The notes: generated by a model not told the origin, from the letters alone. Shown: positions 31,148 through 41,190, numbered from the stretch's first letter. The stretch is 64,000 nucleotides of DNA from Candidatus Subterrananammoxibius californiae (GCA_030586555.1 JAURAC010000003.1:32001-96000); one strand, 5' to 3'. Made by a program: numbers and translations.

Positions 31148-32521
31148 GTGAAAAAGGGCAAAATGAATATTAGCGTTGGGAATGTAAATACTCGCCTCGT
31201 AAAGGCATTTCTTTATACCTCACTGGTGTGGTTCCTCCTATCAATAATTGTTGGGTTTATAGTTTCCTTAAAGTTCATATATCCTGATTTTATCGGAACC
31301 ATCCCCTTTTTGACGTATGGCAGGTTGAGGTTTTTCCACACCAACGGTGTCATCTGGGGCTGGCTTACAACAGCCTTCTTCGGCATCCTCATGTACATGG
31401 TGCCAAGGCTTACCAACAGGCCCATTTATAGCGAGAAACTCGGCTGGATTTCATTCTGGGTGTGGAGTATTGGTTTTCTAATTGGATGGATATTTTTACT
31501 TACGGGTCATGCGCAGGGACTTGAGTATGCAGAGTTTCCATTTGTAGCTGATTTATTTGTATTCGGCACATTTATATTAGTCCTTTTTAATGTATTTATT
31601 ACAATTTTGCGGAGTGAGGAGAAACAGCTATACGTGAGTTTGTGGTACATAATAGCTGCCCTTGTATGGTCGTCTTTAAACTATTTTGTTGGCAACGTTT
31701 TTCCTGGGTATTTTGTCCCTGGCACGGCGGGGGCAGCGATAAGCGGCCTTTATATTCACAACGTGCTTGGGTTATGGCACACCCCAGTAGGGGTAGCCAT
31801 GGTATATTTTCTCTTGCCAGTGTTTGTAAAGAAACCTATTTACAGCCATTCGCTATCCTTAATTGGTTTCTGGAGCCTTGCATTCTTTTATCCCCTGGGT
31901 GGTTCACATCACTATCTCTTCAGTCCAATCCCCTGGTGGGCGCAGATAACTGCAGTTCCGTTATCTGTTATGATGATAGTGGTGGTCTTTACGGTTGTCT
32001 ATAATTTCTTTGCCACAATGAAGGGCAGTTGGAATATGGTTGTAGAAAGCATTCCACTGCGCTTTCTGACAATCGGTATCATATACTATATGATTACCTG
32101 TTTCCAGGGACCTTTACAGTCGCTTTTCAGCTTGCAAAAGGTTATACACTTTAGCGACTGGGTTGTGGGCCATGCCCACATAGCGCTACTTGGCACCTTT
32201 ACCTTCTGGATTATAGGAGCGCTGTATTATGTCTTACCAAAGATGAGCAGTAGAATTGTATTTTCCAAAAACCTTGCTGAATCCCATTTCTGGCTCACAC
32301 TCGCAGGAACAGTCATTTACACAAGTTCTTTAACCGCAGCAGGACTTGTTCAGGGGTATCTTTGGCTTTCTGGTACAATCTTTATAGAAGTTGTAAATAG
32401 TTCACAGCCATTCTGGGTGGCGAGGAGTTTTGGCGGGGCGCTTGTAATAATTGGGCAAATTGTCTTTATATACGACCTTATAAAAAATTCTCTATTTAGA
32501 AAAACCCAATTGGTTAGCTAA
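31148..32521 (+). CDS. ccoN: cbb3-type (C-family) heme-copper oxidase subunit I
   Basis: YGRLRFFHTN, EYAE, IHN, FYPLGGSHH, GHAH. Confidence 0.9.
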   Translation: MKKGKMNISVGNVNTRLVKAFLYTSLVWFLLSIIVGFIVSLKFIYPDFIGTIPFLTYGRLRFFHTNGVIWGWLTTAFFGILMYMVPRLTNRPIYSEKLGWISFWVWSIGFLIGWIFLLTGHAQGLEYAEFPFVADLFVFGTFILVLFNVFITILRSEEKQLYVSLWYIIAALVWSSLNYFVGNVFPGYFVPGTAGAAISGLYIHNVLGLWHTPVGVAMVYFLLPVFVKKPIYSHSLSLIGFWSLAFFYPLGGSHHYLFSPIPWWAQITAVPLSVMMIVVVFTVVYNFFATMKGSWNMVVESIPLRFLTIGIIYYMITCFQGPLQSLFSLQKVIHFSDWVVGHAHIALLGTFTFWIIGALYYVLPKMSSRIVFSKNLAESHFWLTLAGTVIYTSSLTAAGLVQGYLWLSGTIFIEVVNSSQPFWVARSFGGALVIIGQIVFIYDLIKNSLFRKTQLVS

Positions 32522-32523
32522 CG

Positions 32524-33342
32524 ATGGAGAGATTTGATAAAGTCTTTTTCATAGCAGGGATAGGTTTTTTCGCCTTTGCCTACATTTTAATGGGCATTGG
32601 GCCATGGACTACCCTGAGGGGTTTAAAGCCTCCTGATGGTGTAGGTAGTTATACTGATATAGAAAGTCGTGGAAGGAATATCTACATTAGAGAGGGATGC
32701 TGGCACTGCCACACTCAGTTTGTTAGACCGGTGAGAAACGAGAGCGAACGTTACGGCGCTTTATCTGAACCCGGCGAGTATATGTATGATATTCCCCAGT
32801 TATTTGGCACAAGGAGGACTGGACCTGATTTATCGAGAGTGGGGGGAAAATATGATGATAACTGGCATTACTTACATATATTAAACCCAAGGTCTGTGGT
32901 TCGTGACTCTGTAATGCCGCCATATCCCTGGTTATACGATAAAGAAGGGAAACCCACAAAGGAAGGCGTTGCGCTTGTGGCATATTTACAACGGCTGGGC
33001 AAATGGGCAAGAAAAGAAGCGGTAAAGCCTGCCGAAGGGCAACCCACTGCAGGGGTAGCCCCTGCACTTACAAAAGAACTTTTGGGAAGGGGTAAAGGAC
33101 TTTACGAGGCAAATTGTGTATTATGCCATGGTGAACGTGGCGATGGGAAAGGTCTGGCAAGTCAGGTAACTCCTCCGCCAGCCGATTTTACAGACCAAGA
33201 GTGGAAATATGGCGGCAAGCTTGAAGAAATATTTCATTTAATATCCAACGGGGTTCCCGGGACGATGATGCCCCCATGGAAGCAGCTTCCTGAAACAGAC
33301 CGATGGGCATTGGTGTATTACGTGAAGGCATTCTCAGAATAG
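32524..33342 (+). CDS. ccoO: cbb3 subunit II fused to a second c-type cytochrome
   Basis: EGCWHCHTQFVR, RRTGPDL, SVMP; second CVLCH...MPPW. Confidence 0.9.
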   Translation: MERFDKVFFIAGIGFFAFAYILMGIGPWTTLRGLKPPDGVGSYTDIESRGRNIYIREGCWHCHTQFVRPVRNESERYGALSEPGEYMYDIPQLFGTRRTGPDLSRVGGKYDDNWHYLHILNPRSVVRDSVMPPYPWLYDKEGKPTKEGVALVAYLQRLGKWARKEAVKPAEGQPTAGVAPALTKELLGRGKGLYEANCVLCHGERGDGKGLASQVTPPPADFTDQEWKYGGKLEEIFHLISNGVPGTMMPPWKQLPETDRWALVYYVKAFSE

Positions 33343-33510
33343 GAAATAGCCAATAGGGAATAAACAAAGGGAACACATACCCTTCCCCTCCGGCAAGAAA
33401 AAATTGAAAAGTGCCACGTCATGCCGACATGGCATGGCAAATTTTAAAGTTTAAAATTTACAATTTGCATTTTACAATAAATCTTTTGGCTATTGAGAGA
33501 GGGAAAAATA

Positions 33511-33744
33511 ATGATAGAACTCTGCCTCTTTTGTGAAACAGGGATACGGCAAAGCCTTTACTTTATTCTTTCCGTAATGGGTGTAGGCATGTTGGGTGTT
33601 GTTGCCCTTTTTCTTTGGTCATGGGCAAGGGGGCAGTACAAAAATGTTGAAGCCCCGAAGTTTAAAATGTTGGAACTTGAGGGGGAACAAAAAGTTGATA
33701 AACCCGCCAATCATTTAGGCGCGGAGGCTCATGATGGACGTTGA
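33511..33744 (+). CDS. ccoS: CcoS/FixS-like assembly protein
   Basis: TM then WSWARGQYKNVEAPKFKML. Confidence 0.7.
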   Translation: MIELCLFCETGIRQSLYFILSVMGVGMLGVVALFLWSWARGQYKNVEAPKFKMLELEGEQKVDKPANHLGAEAHDGR

Positions 33745-34999
33745 GAAACCTGACACGGATTCTGACAAGGAGGAAAAATATTATTCCAGGTACGGAAAGG
33801 TGCCCTGGTGGCTGATATTGTTATGGGTTGGATTTTTTGCCTGGGTGATTATTTATATAATCAGAGGATTCGAGGCGAATGCAGAGTCCTCATTCCTTAC
33901 TCAGAACTCTGAACCCCGAACTCTAAACTCTCCCTGGCCCCTCTTCAGGCACGACCCACAGCATACCGGCTATAGCCCATACAATGGTCCCAAAGAAGGT
34001 AATCTAAAATGGTACTTCCAGACCGAAGACACCGTTGATTCTTCACCGGCTATAGGGTTGGATGGGACAATTTATGTGGGTTCTGTGGATGGAAAACTAT
34101 ATGCCATAAATCAGGATGGCACCCTTAAGTGGGCAATGCCAACAGGAAGCAAGATTTACGCTTCTCCAGCGATTGGTATTGATGGCACAATTTATGTTTG
34201 TGCATGGGATGGTAAATTGTTTGCAGTAAGCCCCCACCCTACCCTCCCCCCTGAAGGGGGAGGAATAGGGTGGGAAATTAAGTGGACGTGTCAAATAAAT
34301 GGCAGGATATCATCCTCACCAGTTATCGGGGCAGATGGAACGATTTACTTCGGTTCTGATAATTATACGCTTTATGCAGTTGGCGCAGATGGTCGTATTA
34401 AGTGGGGGTTTTATACCCGCTGGTACATTGATTCCTCTCCAGCAATTGGCATAGATGGAACAATTTATGTTGGGTCAAACGACCGCAACCTTTATGCTAT
34501 AAACCCTGACGGTCCGCCTCAGGCGGAGAAATGGACGTTTCAAACCGGGTCGCAAATTACATCGTCCCCTGCTATCGGCTCTGATGGGACTATTTATGTT
34601 GGCTCTACGGATGGGAAACTTTATGCCATCAAATCAGACGGAAGCCTTAAGTGGAAATACTCCACAACGAAGTGGATTGATTCTTCTCCGGCGATATCTC
34701 AAGACGATACAATCTATTTCGGTTCTAATGATGGGAAGATTTATGCCATAAATAATGCTGGAACTTTAAAGTGGGCAGTCCCTACAGGCAGTACGATTAC
34801 TTCGTCTCCTGCGGTTGACGCTGGTGGCAATGTATATATAGGCTCCTGGGATAAGCGTCTTTATGCAATAAGCCCCGGTGGGATTGTAAGGTGGAGTTAT
34901 CCAACGAGGGGGGTAATTCGTTCTTCGCCCACAATAGGGTCAAACCGTATTATATATTTTGGTTCTGGCGATGGTAAACTTTATGCAATAGGAGATTAA
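33731..34999 (+). CDS. N-terminal membrane anchor plus PQQ/BamB-like beta-propeller
   Basis: VPWWLILLW TM; WPLFRHDPQHTG; eight SSPAIG.DGTIYVGS.D..LYA repeats. Confidence 0.85.
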   Translation: MMDVEKPDTDSDKEEKYYSRYGKVPWWLILLWVGFFAWVIIYIIRGFEANAESSFLTQNSEPRTLNSPWPLFRHDPQHTGYSPYNGPKEGNLKWYFQTEDTVDSSPAIGLDGTIYVGSVDGKLYAINQDGTLKWAMPTGSKIYASPAIGIDGTIYVCAWDGKLFAVSPHPTLPPEGGGIGWEIKWTCQINGRISSSPVIGADGTIYFGSDNYTLYAVGADGRIKWGFYTRWYIDSSPAIGIDGTIYVGSNDRNLYAINPDGPPQAEKWTFQTGSQITSSPAIGSDGTIYVGSTDGKLYAIKSDGSLKWKYSTTKWIDSSPAISQDDTIYFGSNDGKIYAINNAGTLKWAVPTGSTITSSPAVDAGGNVYIGSWDKRLYAISPGGIVRWSYPTRGVIRSSPTIGSNRIIYFGSGDGKLYAIGD

Positions 35000-35003
35000 A
35001 CCT

Positions 35004-36137
35004 TTGAAAAGAATATTATCTATTTCCTGCTGTCTGTTGTCTATTATCTGTTATCTGTCGTCTATTACTTATGCAGAAGGAGATGCAGTAATATCATGGC
35101 AAATGTTCCGCCATGATGCGGGGCATACTGGCAGGAGTCCCTATAAGGGTTCTCCCACAAATAACATGAAATGGCGCTACAAGGCTGAGGGCAGAATTAC
35201 ATCGTCCCCTGCAATAGGAACGGATGGAACTATTTATGTTGGCTCTGTTGACGGGATGCTTCATGCTATAAACCCCGATGGAACAGCTAAGTGGACATTT
35301 AAGACTGATGGAGAAGTTACTTCATCTCCTGCAATAAATGCCGATAATATAATATATGTAGGTTCGAGAGACCAGAAGTTTTATGCTATCAGCCCGGATG
35401 GAAAACTTAAGTGGAGCTACAAAACTAATGGAGGAATCTTTTCTTCCCCAACTATAGGACCGGATGGCATTATTTACTTTGGCTCACAGGATTACAACCT
35501 TTATGCTGTTGATGCCTCTGGAACATTAAGGTGGACATATCATGTTCAAAGTCCAATAAGCTCCTCTCCATCCGTTAGCTCACCTGAGGCGGGTGGCGTT
35601 ATTTATTTCTTGTCAGGTGGCGGTGTAGTTTATGCCCTCAGCCCGGATGGCAAGTTAAAATGGTCGAAGCGTGTCGGAAGGAATACTTATTCATCCTTCG
35701 GCTCTCCTTCCGTTGACGCTAATGGAAATGTTTATATTGGTTCGGAAAGTGGCAGATTATTTCTCCTGGGTCCAGAAGGTGAAATAAAATGGCGTGCGCA
35801 GAGTGGCAAGGCTGTGCATTCGTCCCCTGCAATTGGCGCTGATGGGACAGTTTATTTTGGTTCGTATGACAACTCCATTTATGCCGTTACCTTCGATTGT
35901 ACACTTAAATGGAGCTACAAGACGGAAGGCTTTGTTGCGTCTTCACCCTGCATAGATGCTGATGGAACGGTTTACGCAGGTTCGAGCGATGGGAAGCTCT
36001 ATGCAATTGGCGCTGACGGCACCATTAAATGGACATTCCAGACTGGAGACTGGATTGAATCTTCACCGGCAATAGGACATGATGGTACAATTTACATAGG
36101 GTCAAACGACACCTATCTCTATGCAATTGGGAAATAA
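35004..36137 (+). CDS. Secreted PQQ/BamB-like beta-propeller
   Basis: Signal peptide; WQMFRHDAGHTG; eight SSPAIG repeats. Confidence 0.88.
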   Translation: MKRILSISCCLLSIICYLSSITYAEGDAVISWQMFRHDAGHTGRSPYKGSPTNNMKWRYKAEGRITSSPAIGTDGTIYVGSVDGMLHAINPDGTAKWTFKTDGEVTSSPAINADNIIYVGSRDQKFYAISPDGKLKWSYKTNGGIFSSPTIGPDGIIYFGSQDYNLYAVDASGTLRWTYHVQSPISSSPSVSSPEAGGVIYFLSGGGVVYALSPDGKLKWSKRVGRNTYSSFGSPSVDANGNVYIGSESGRLFLLGPEGEIKWRAQSGKAVHSSPAIGADGTVYFGSYDNSIYAVTFDCTLKWSYKTEGFVASSPCIDADGTVYAGSSDGKLYAIGADGTIKWTFQTGDWIESSPAIGHDGTIYIGSNDTYLYAIGK

Positions 36138-36149
36138 AGCAGGTATTGT

Positions 36150-37673
36150 ATGATAAATTCAAAAAGACCGTCTCAACTTATTATATTGTTTATGGTGTTA
36201 GGTATCATTATCTTTGTCTCCATTAGAACTGTTTGGGAACGAAGGCATCATCAGACGCATGTCAATGCTACTGCACCTAAAAAGAGCGAGGTTGTTTACT
36301 CATATAGAGGTCCAGATGGCGCACTATGGACTCACAAGGATAGAAATGCGCTTGAAAAGCTCAAGGAACACTACAGCTTAAATTCTCCTGAGATATTTAG
36401 CCGCTTTGAGGCAGAAAGACAACCTATCGAAAAGACCTTTATGGAAACTACCACAGGCAAGATGCCTGTGCCACCTGGGAACCTTATATGGAGTAGCAAT
36501 TGGGCAGAGGCTATAGTAATAGGGGTGTGTACCCTTGTTATTGGCTTTGTATCACTTTATGCGCTTCGTACATCTAACGGCACAAGTCCAGAGCCAACCT
36601 CCCTTTTACCCCCCCCTTCGCAAGGGGGGGACAGTGGGGGGGTAAGGGTTCAAAATCATGACCCGGAACTCACTCCTAAATTAAAGACCATAATTATTGA
36701 ACTCCTCTATCACCTTGTTACATTCTCCCAGGAGATTCCAGACTTAAAGAGCGATAGATTCAAAGAAATGATTGACGCCTATATAGCAAAATTGAAAGCC
36801 ACACTGCCTCCAGAAGAACTCAATATTATCGAAAGGGAACTAAAGAAGCTTGTCGCTCAGCAGTGGAAATTAATTAAGTCTCTCATCGAAGGGAGGGATA
36901 AAGAACTAAAAGCCCTTATCGCCTCACTTGTAGAAAGTATATATTTCTTTGGCAGGGATAACGCCAATTTTTCCCTTAATATAAATAAAAATCTAACCAA
37001 CATAGAGAAGGTCTTAACCCTTGATGAGATAAAAGAAGTAAGAAGAAGTATAACCGGCGAGATTGCCCATGCCAGAAAAGTTATTGAGGAAAAACATCAA
37101 AGTGATTCTAAAAAGATAGAGGAACTTTCCCGTGCAGTAAAATCCTTAGATGAAGAATTATCAGAGGTCAAGGAAGAAGCCCAGCTTGACGGCTTAACAA
37201 GGCTTTATAACAGGAGGGCATTCGATAGTAAAATCGTAGAGAAGATTGACAAGGGTAAAATAAGAGGCACTACTTTTACCCTTGCGCTAATTGATATTGA
37301 TAGCTTCAAGCGTATTAATGATACGTTTGGTCATACAGTTGGGGATGAGGTTTTAAAAAATATTTCAACATTCTTGAAGAGTTATTTCAGTAAAGGCGAT
37401 TTTGTTGCGCGTTATGGAGGCGAGGAGTTTGCAGTTATCCTGAACGAGGGCAACAGGACGCTCGTTCAGAAGGTAATTGAGGGGACGCTTGCAAGCATCT
37501 CAAAGCAGAAATTTAATACTGGAGGCGAAAAGATTTCGGTTACGGCAAGCATTGGCGTCGCCTCATGTAAATGGCACGATACCGCTGAGAGTCTAATTAA
37601 ACGGGCAGATAAAGCCCTTTACTCCGCCAAAAAAGGCGGGAGAAATATGGTCGTTACGGAGGATACTCTATAA
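36150..37673 (+). CDS. Membrane-anchored diguanylate cyclase
   Basis: Two TMs, coiled coil, DGLTRLYNRR, DIDSFK, RYGGEEF. Confidence 0.9.
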   Translation: MINSKRPSQLIILFMVLGIIIFVSIRTVWERRHHQTHVNATAPKKSEVVYSYRGPDGALWTHKDRNALEKLKEHYSLNSPEIFSRFEAERQPIEKTFMETTTGKMPVPPGNLIWSSNWAEAIVIGVCTLVIGFVSLYALRTSNGTSPEPTSLLPPPSQGGDSGGVRVQNHDPELTPKLKTIIIELLYHLVTFSQEIPDLKSDRFKEMIDAYIAKLKATLPPEELNIIERELKKLVAQQWKLIKSLIEGRDKELKALIASLVESIYFFGRDNANFSLNINKNLTNIEKVLTLDEIKEVRRSITGEIAHARKVIEEKHQSDSKKIEELSRAVKSLDEELSEVKEEAQLDGLTRLYNRRAFDSKIVEKIDKGKIRGTTFTLALIDIDSFKRINDTFGHTVGDEVLKNISTFLKSYFSKGDFVARYGGEEFAVILNEGNRTLVQKVIEGTLASISKQKFNTGGEKISVTASIGVASCKWHDTAESLIKRADKALYSAKKGGRNMVVTEDTL

Positions 37674-37822
37674 ATGAGTTAAGAGTGAAGAGTAGGGAGT
37701 TATTTGACTCTAAACTTTCAACTCTTTAACTCTAAAACTCTTATTAGACCCTCTGCAATTGCTTTTTTGGTGTGAAATACGCCTGTTAGCTCACCCTGTA
37801 TTGTTTATAGTGTTCTTTATAA

Positions 37823-38271
37823 CTATGTTTCAAGCATCTTCAAAAACTGGGAAACAGAAAGGATATCTATTTGATGTTCTTTAAAATAATGAAAAAGATT
37901 AATATCTCTTTTGATATCGTCATCCCTGGTTACAAGGTATTTTGCCTTGCCCAAGATGGCGGTCTCCAGCATAATGTTATCTAAGACATCACGGCAGATA
38001 TGAATATTACCAGTGGGAATTACTTTGACGGAGCTTTCATTTATCAGCCGTATAAATTTTGTGATATCTGCCCTGGTTAGATGATACTTTTCCTTAATAC
38101 GTGAATACGTGGACGGATGAGAACTTCTGCAAGTTCTTCAAGCATAAACGGCGAGACTACGACATTAAACCTGTGTTCTACCCACGCCTTTTTGATCATC
38201 GCAGGCAATCCAAACGGATTGATTAAAGCAGAGACCCATACGTTAGTGTCAATCAGTACGGTGTGCTTCAT
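37823..38271 (-). pseudogene. PIN-domain toxin frameshifted by an 8-bp tandem duplication
   Basis: DTNVWVSA...EEL; AATACGTG doubled at 38096-38111; other frame continues CRDVLDN..LETA..LVTRDDD. Confidence 0.85.
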
Positions 38272-38503
38272 TAAGCTGCTTCCTTACCTCTTTTCTTGCT
38301 TTTGAAATATCAGTTTCTATCTCTTTGGGGGAAAAACTCTTTGTCTTCTTATGAACCTTTTTAAAAAGGTCATTTACCTCCTTTTGCCATTGAGCATCGG
38401 AGTAGAGGGTTACTAACAGTTTCTCATGTTCCTTTACATTTACCTCTTCGAGTGGTTTAAAGACTCCGTTTTCGTAAATAACCGTAATTTGTCTGGTTTG
38501 CAT
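38249..38503 (-). CDS. AF2212/DUF104-like antitoxin
   Basis: IYENGVFKPLE; overlaps the PIN gene. Confidence 0.85.
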   Translation of the reverse strand: MQTRQITVIYENGVFKPLEEVNVKEHEKLLVTLYSDAQWQKEVNDLFKKVHKKTKSFSPKEIETDISKARKEVRKQLNEAHRTD

Positions 38504-38597
38504 AATAAACCTCTTTCAAATAATAAAATTTGTAGTTTGTTAGACGTTATAATGAATCTAAGGTTCCATTTATTTATATCAAAATGAGGGTTGCCAT

Positions 38598-39296
38598 TCA
38601 AGAAATAAGTGTTTTCATCAAACCCTCTGCAATAGCTTTTTTGTTGTGGAATACGCCTGTTAGCTCGCCCTTATTGTTTACAAAATATGCAGTGTGCCTG
38701 TCATTGTTTATATCTTCCAGCCTATTAGCAACGATGAGGTTTGCCTTACATTGGACTTGAAAGTTTCTTGCAATCTGGAGAAGCTCGTCCTTTGTCTTCC
38801 CAACCTCTAATTTGAACCCGACAAGAAATGCCTCAGACCATAAATCCCTGATTATATTTATTCCCTTTGGCGTTTTTACCAGCTTGACTATCCATTCATC
38901 TTCTCCCGAAGAAGGGACTTTGCCCTCAATGTATCTTTCAGGTACGTAATCGAGCACAGCCATTGCGTGAATGATGGCGTCAAAATGGGTGTTCTTTAAT
39001 TTTCTTTGAAGAGTCGTCAGGAGGTCGTTAACGGTCTCGACCTCTATTAGTGTAAGGTGGTTTATTGCATTCGTAGGGGCAGGTTTAAAACCTGCCCCTA
39101 CAAGCGGAATAGAACTACCTGTACCATAAAGTAACGTTACTGATGCGCCCTGTCGGAGCGCCTCTGTGGCGATTTCTCTGCCCAATCTGCCCGTAGATAT
39201 GTTACTTATATACCGCACGGCATCCAGATACGCCCGCGTAGAGCCAGAGGTTATAAGAATCTTTTTGCGACTAAGAGGTAATAGGTTATGGGTCAT
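38598..39296 (-). CDS. coaB: Phosphopantothenate--cysteine ligase (stand-alone CoaB)
   Basis: ITSGSTR..DAVRYISNISTG, HAMAVLDY, VGFKLE, IVAN. Confidence 0.85.
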   Translation of the reverse strand: MTHNLLPLSRKKILITSGSTRAYLDAVRYISNISTGRLGREIATEALRQGASVTLLYGTGSSIPLVGAGFKPAPTNAINHLTLIEVETVNDLLTTLQRKLKNTHFDAIIHAMAVLDYVPERYIEGKVPSSGEDEWIVKLVKTPKGINIIRDLWSEAFLVGFKLEVGKTKDELLQIARNFQVQCKANLIVANRLEDINNDRHTAYFVNNKGELTGVFHNKKAIAEGLMKTLIS

Positions 39297-39387
39297 AGGT
39301 GATAGGTTTAGTAGACAGTAGACAGCATACAGGGAAAAAGGAAAATTTCTCTCCCTGTTTACTGTCTACTATCTACTGTCTACTTGT

Positions 39388-39930
39388 TCATGTTTTTCTA
39401 TCAAAATATATATTTTTCCCTGTTGCCGATAGAGGAATACCCATAACGAAATCCCAACCACAGAGACCAATCTTCCGTGCAACAGCCCCTATGCGGTACA
39501 TTATTCTATTATCAACGTTAAGCAGTCCAGCCGTCTTAACAGCCGAACCCAGAGCAATACCCATATCGAGCAAGCGATGCGCACATTGGGGTCCCTTAAA
39601 TTCCGCTTGCTCTTTTGGTTGAAGTTCTTTGCAAGTATTAAATCCACACGCCCCGCAGTTTAGCCCGCAGGTGGTTGCATCCTTTATACCGATAAGCAAA
39701 ACTGATGATGAATCTTTTACATTCTTACCGTCTCTATCAAAATTCTTCTTTTGATTTTTTTTGCCGTATTCAACCATCGAATAAGCAAGTTTTGCAACAT
39801 CATCACCTTCGATAATCATTATCTTAACGAAATCCTCCCCCTTACTCTTTGGGGCAGTACGTGCAGAGATTGCCATAAGTTCAGCCACTATTCTTATTCC
39901 ATTAGATTCGCTTCGCTCACTACAAGCCAT
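39388..39930 (-). CDS. DUF2148 ferredoxin-domain protein
   Basis: ARTAPKSKG, CGACGFNTC, DMGIALGSA, DNRIMY, KNIYFDR. Confidence 0.85.
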   Translation of the reverse strand: MACSERSESNGIRIVAELMAISARTAPKSKGEDFVKIMIIEGDDVAKLAYSMVEYGKKNQKKNFDRDGKNVKDSSSVLLIGIKDATTCGLNCGACGFNTCKELQPKEQAEFKGPQCAHRLLDMGIALGSAVKTAGLLNVDNRIMYRIGAVARKIGLCGWDFVMGIPLSATGKNIYFDRKT

Positions 39931-40363
39931 AATTTCTTCCTCTCTAAGGTGATATAATATCTTAACTATCTGTGTAATACAGGATTGTGTGCTCAGTCCA
40001 GTCCGTTTGATGCGGATTGAAAATTTTAACATATACAATGATAATATGTCTATATGAAAAAAAATGTAAGGGTTGGGTTTTTTTGCTTGACAGTAGTATC
40101 TGCTTATGATACGCTTTTAACACACTAAATACAATCTGTTTAGAGTTATAAACTTTTTACAAAAATTCTTGAGGTTTATTCATCAGAGAAAGGGGGGGTG
40201 ATATTTACGTCCAGAACGCTTCGCGGCTTACTCATTAATTGTCATAACAAATATCGGTGAAAAACAAGTACAGGCACACCTGCATAAGGCGATGGTCGAC
40301 TTGCTTTTCACTGGATTGTTAAACTGTCTGTTAAATCATGGGGAATAAAAAGGAGAGTCCGAT

Positions 40364-41047
40364 ATGAACGCATATAAAAAATATATAGCGGAGTTTTTGG
40401 GTACTTTTATACTTATATTTGTTGGCTCTGGTTCTGTGTGCGCTAACTATTATCTAACACAGGCAGGACAACCAGGCTTGGGTGTTCTGGGGATAGCGCT
40501 TTCGTATGGTTTTGCAGTTGTGGCGATAGTGTATGCCCTTGGTTACGTTTCTGGTTCCCATATTAATCCGGCTACTACTGTTTCGCTCCTTGTTACAAAA
40601 AGGATTGATGCAAATACAGCCATTATGTATATAATTGCACAGTTAGCAGGCGCAGCGTTTGCCGGCTTCCTTCTCAGGGGGTTATTCCCCAAAGCCCTTG
40701 CAATAAGCCTCGGCGCTTTCCACGTTGCTGCAGGCGTGCCAGTTGTTAGAGCAATACTTATGGAAGCTATCCTGTCTTTCTTGCTCATATTTGCCGTATA
40801 TGCCTGCGCAATAGACAAAAGAGCCTCTGGAGTCCTTGCGGGACTTGCAATTGGTTTAGTCGTAGTATTTGACGTAATAGTAGGCGCTACCGTTAGCGGA
40901 GGGGCGGTTGCTCCTTCTATAGCATTTGGTCCTGCCATCGCCTCTGGTGACTTCAGCGGTCATCATGTATATTGGATTGGCCACATCTTAGGAGGTGTTG
41001 TTGCAGGTCTACTTTATGACAAGGTCTTTGCAGAGCAGACCGCTTAG
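40364..41047 (+). CDS. MIP-family channel (aquaporin) with an atypical loop E
   Basis: AEFLGTF, SGSHINPA, six TMs; second motif reads GGAVAPSIAFGPA. Confidence 0.9.
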   Translation: MNAYKKYIAEFLGTFILIFVGSGSVCANYYLTQAGQPGLGVLGIALSYGFAVVAIVYALGYVSGSHINPATTVSLLVTKRIDANTAIMYIIAQLAGAAFAGFLLRGLFPKALAISLGAFHVAAGVPVVRAILMEAILSFLLIFAVYACAIDKRASGVLAGLAIGLVVVFDVIVGATVSGGAVAPSIAFGPAIASGDFSGHHVYWIGHILGGVVAGLLYDKVFAEQTA

Positions 41048-41190
41048 TCCACTTCTGAATGCGGAATGCGGAATGCGGAATGGGGAATCGAAGACTCGTG
41101 CCGAAGGCACGGAATGAATTATTCCGCAATCTGCAATCTGCACTCCGCATTCGAAACATGCCTGCATGGTGTCACCGTAAAATGATATAA

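Noticed and set aside
31148..32521. Nitric oxide reductase
   Set aside because: Retains the helix-VII Tyr and has CcoO/CcoS partners, consistent with a C-family O2 reductase
33731..36137. PQQ-dependent dehydrogenases
   Set aside because: Only generic propeller repeats; no recognisable quinoprotein catalytic features
40285..40310. GGCGATGG as a fluoride riboswitch upstream of the aquaporin
   Set aside because: The rest of the crcB motif is missing
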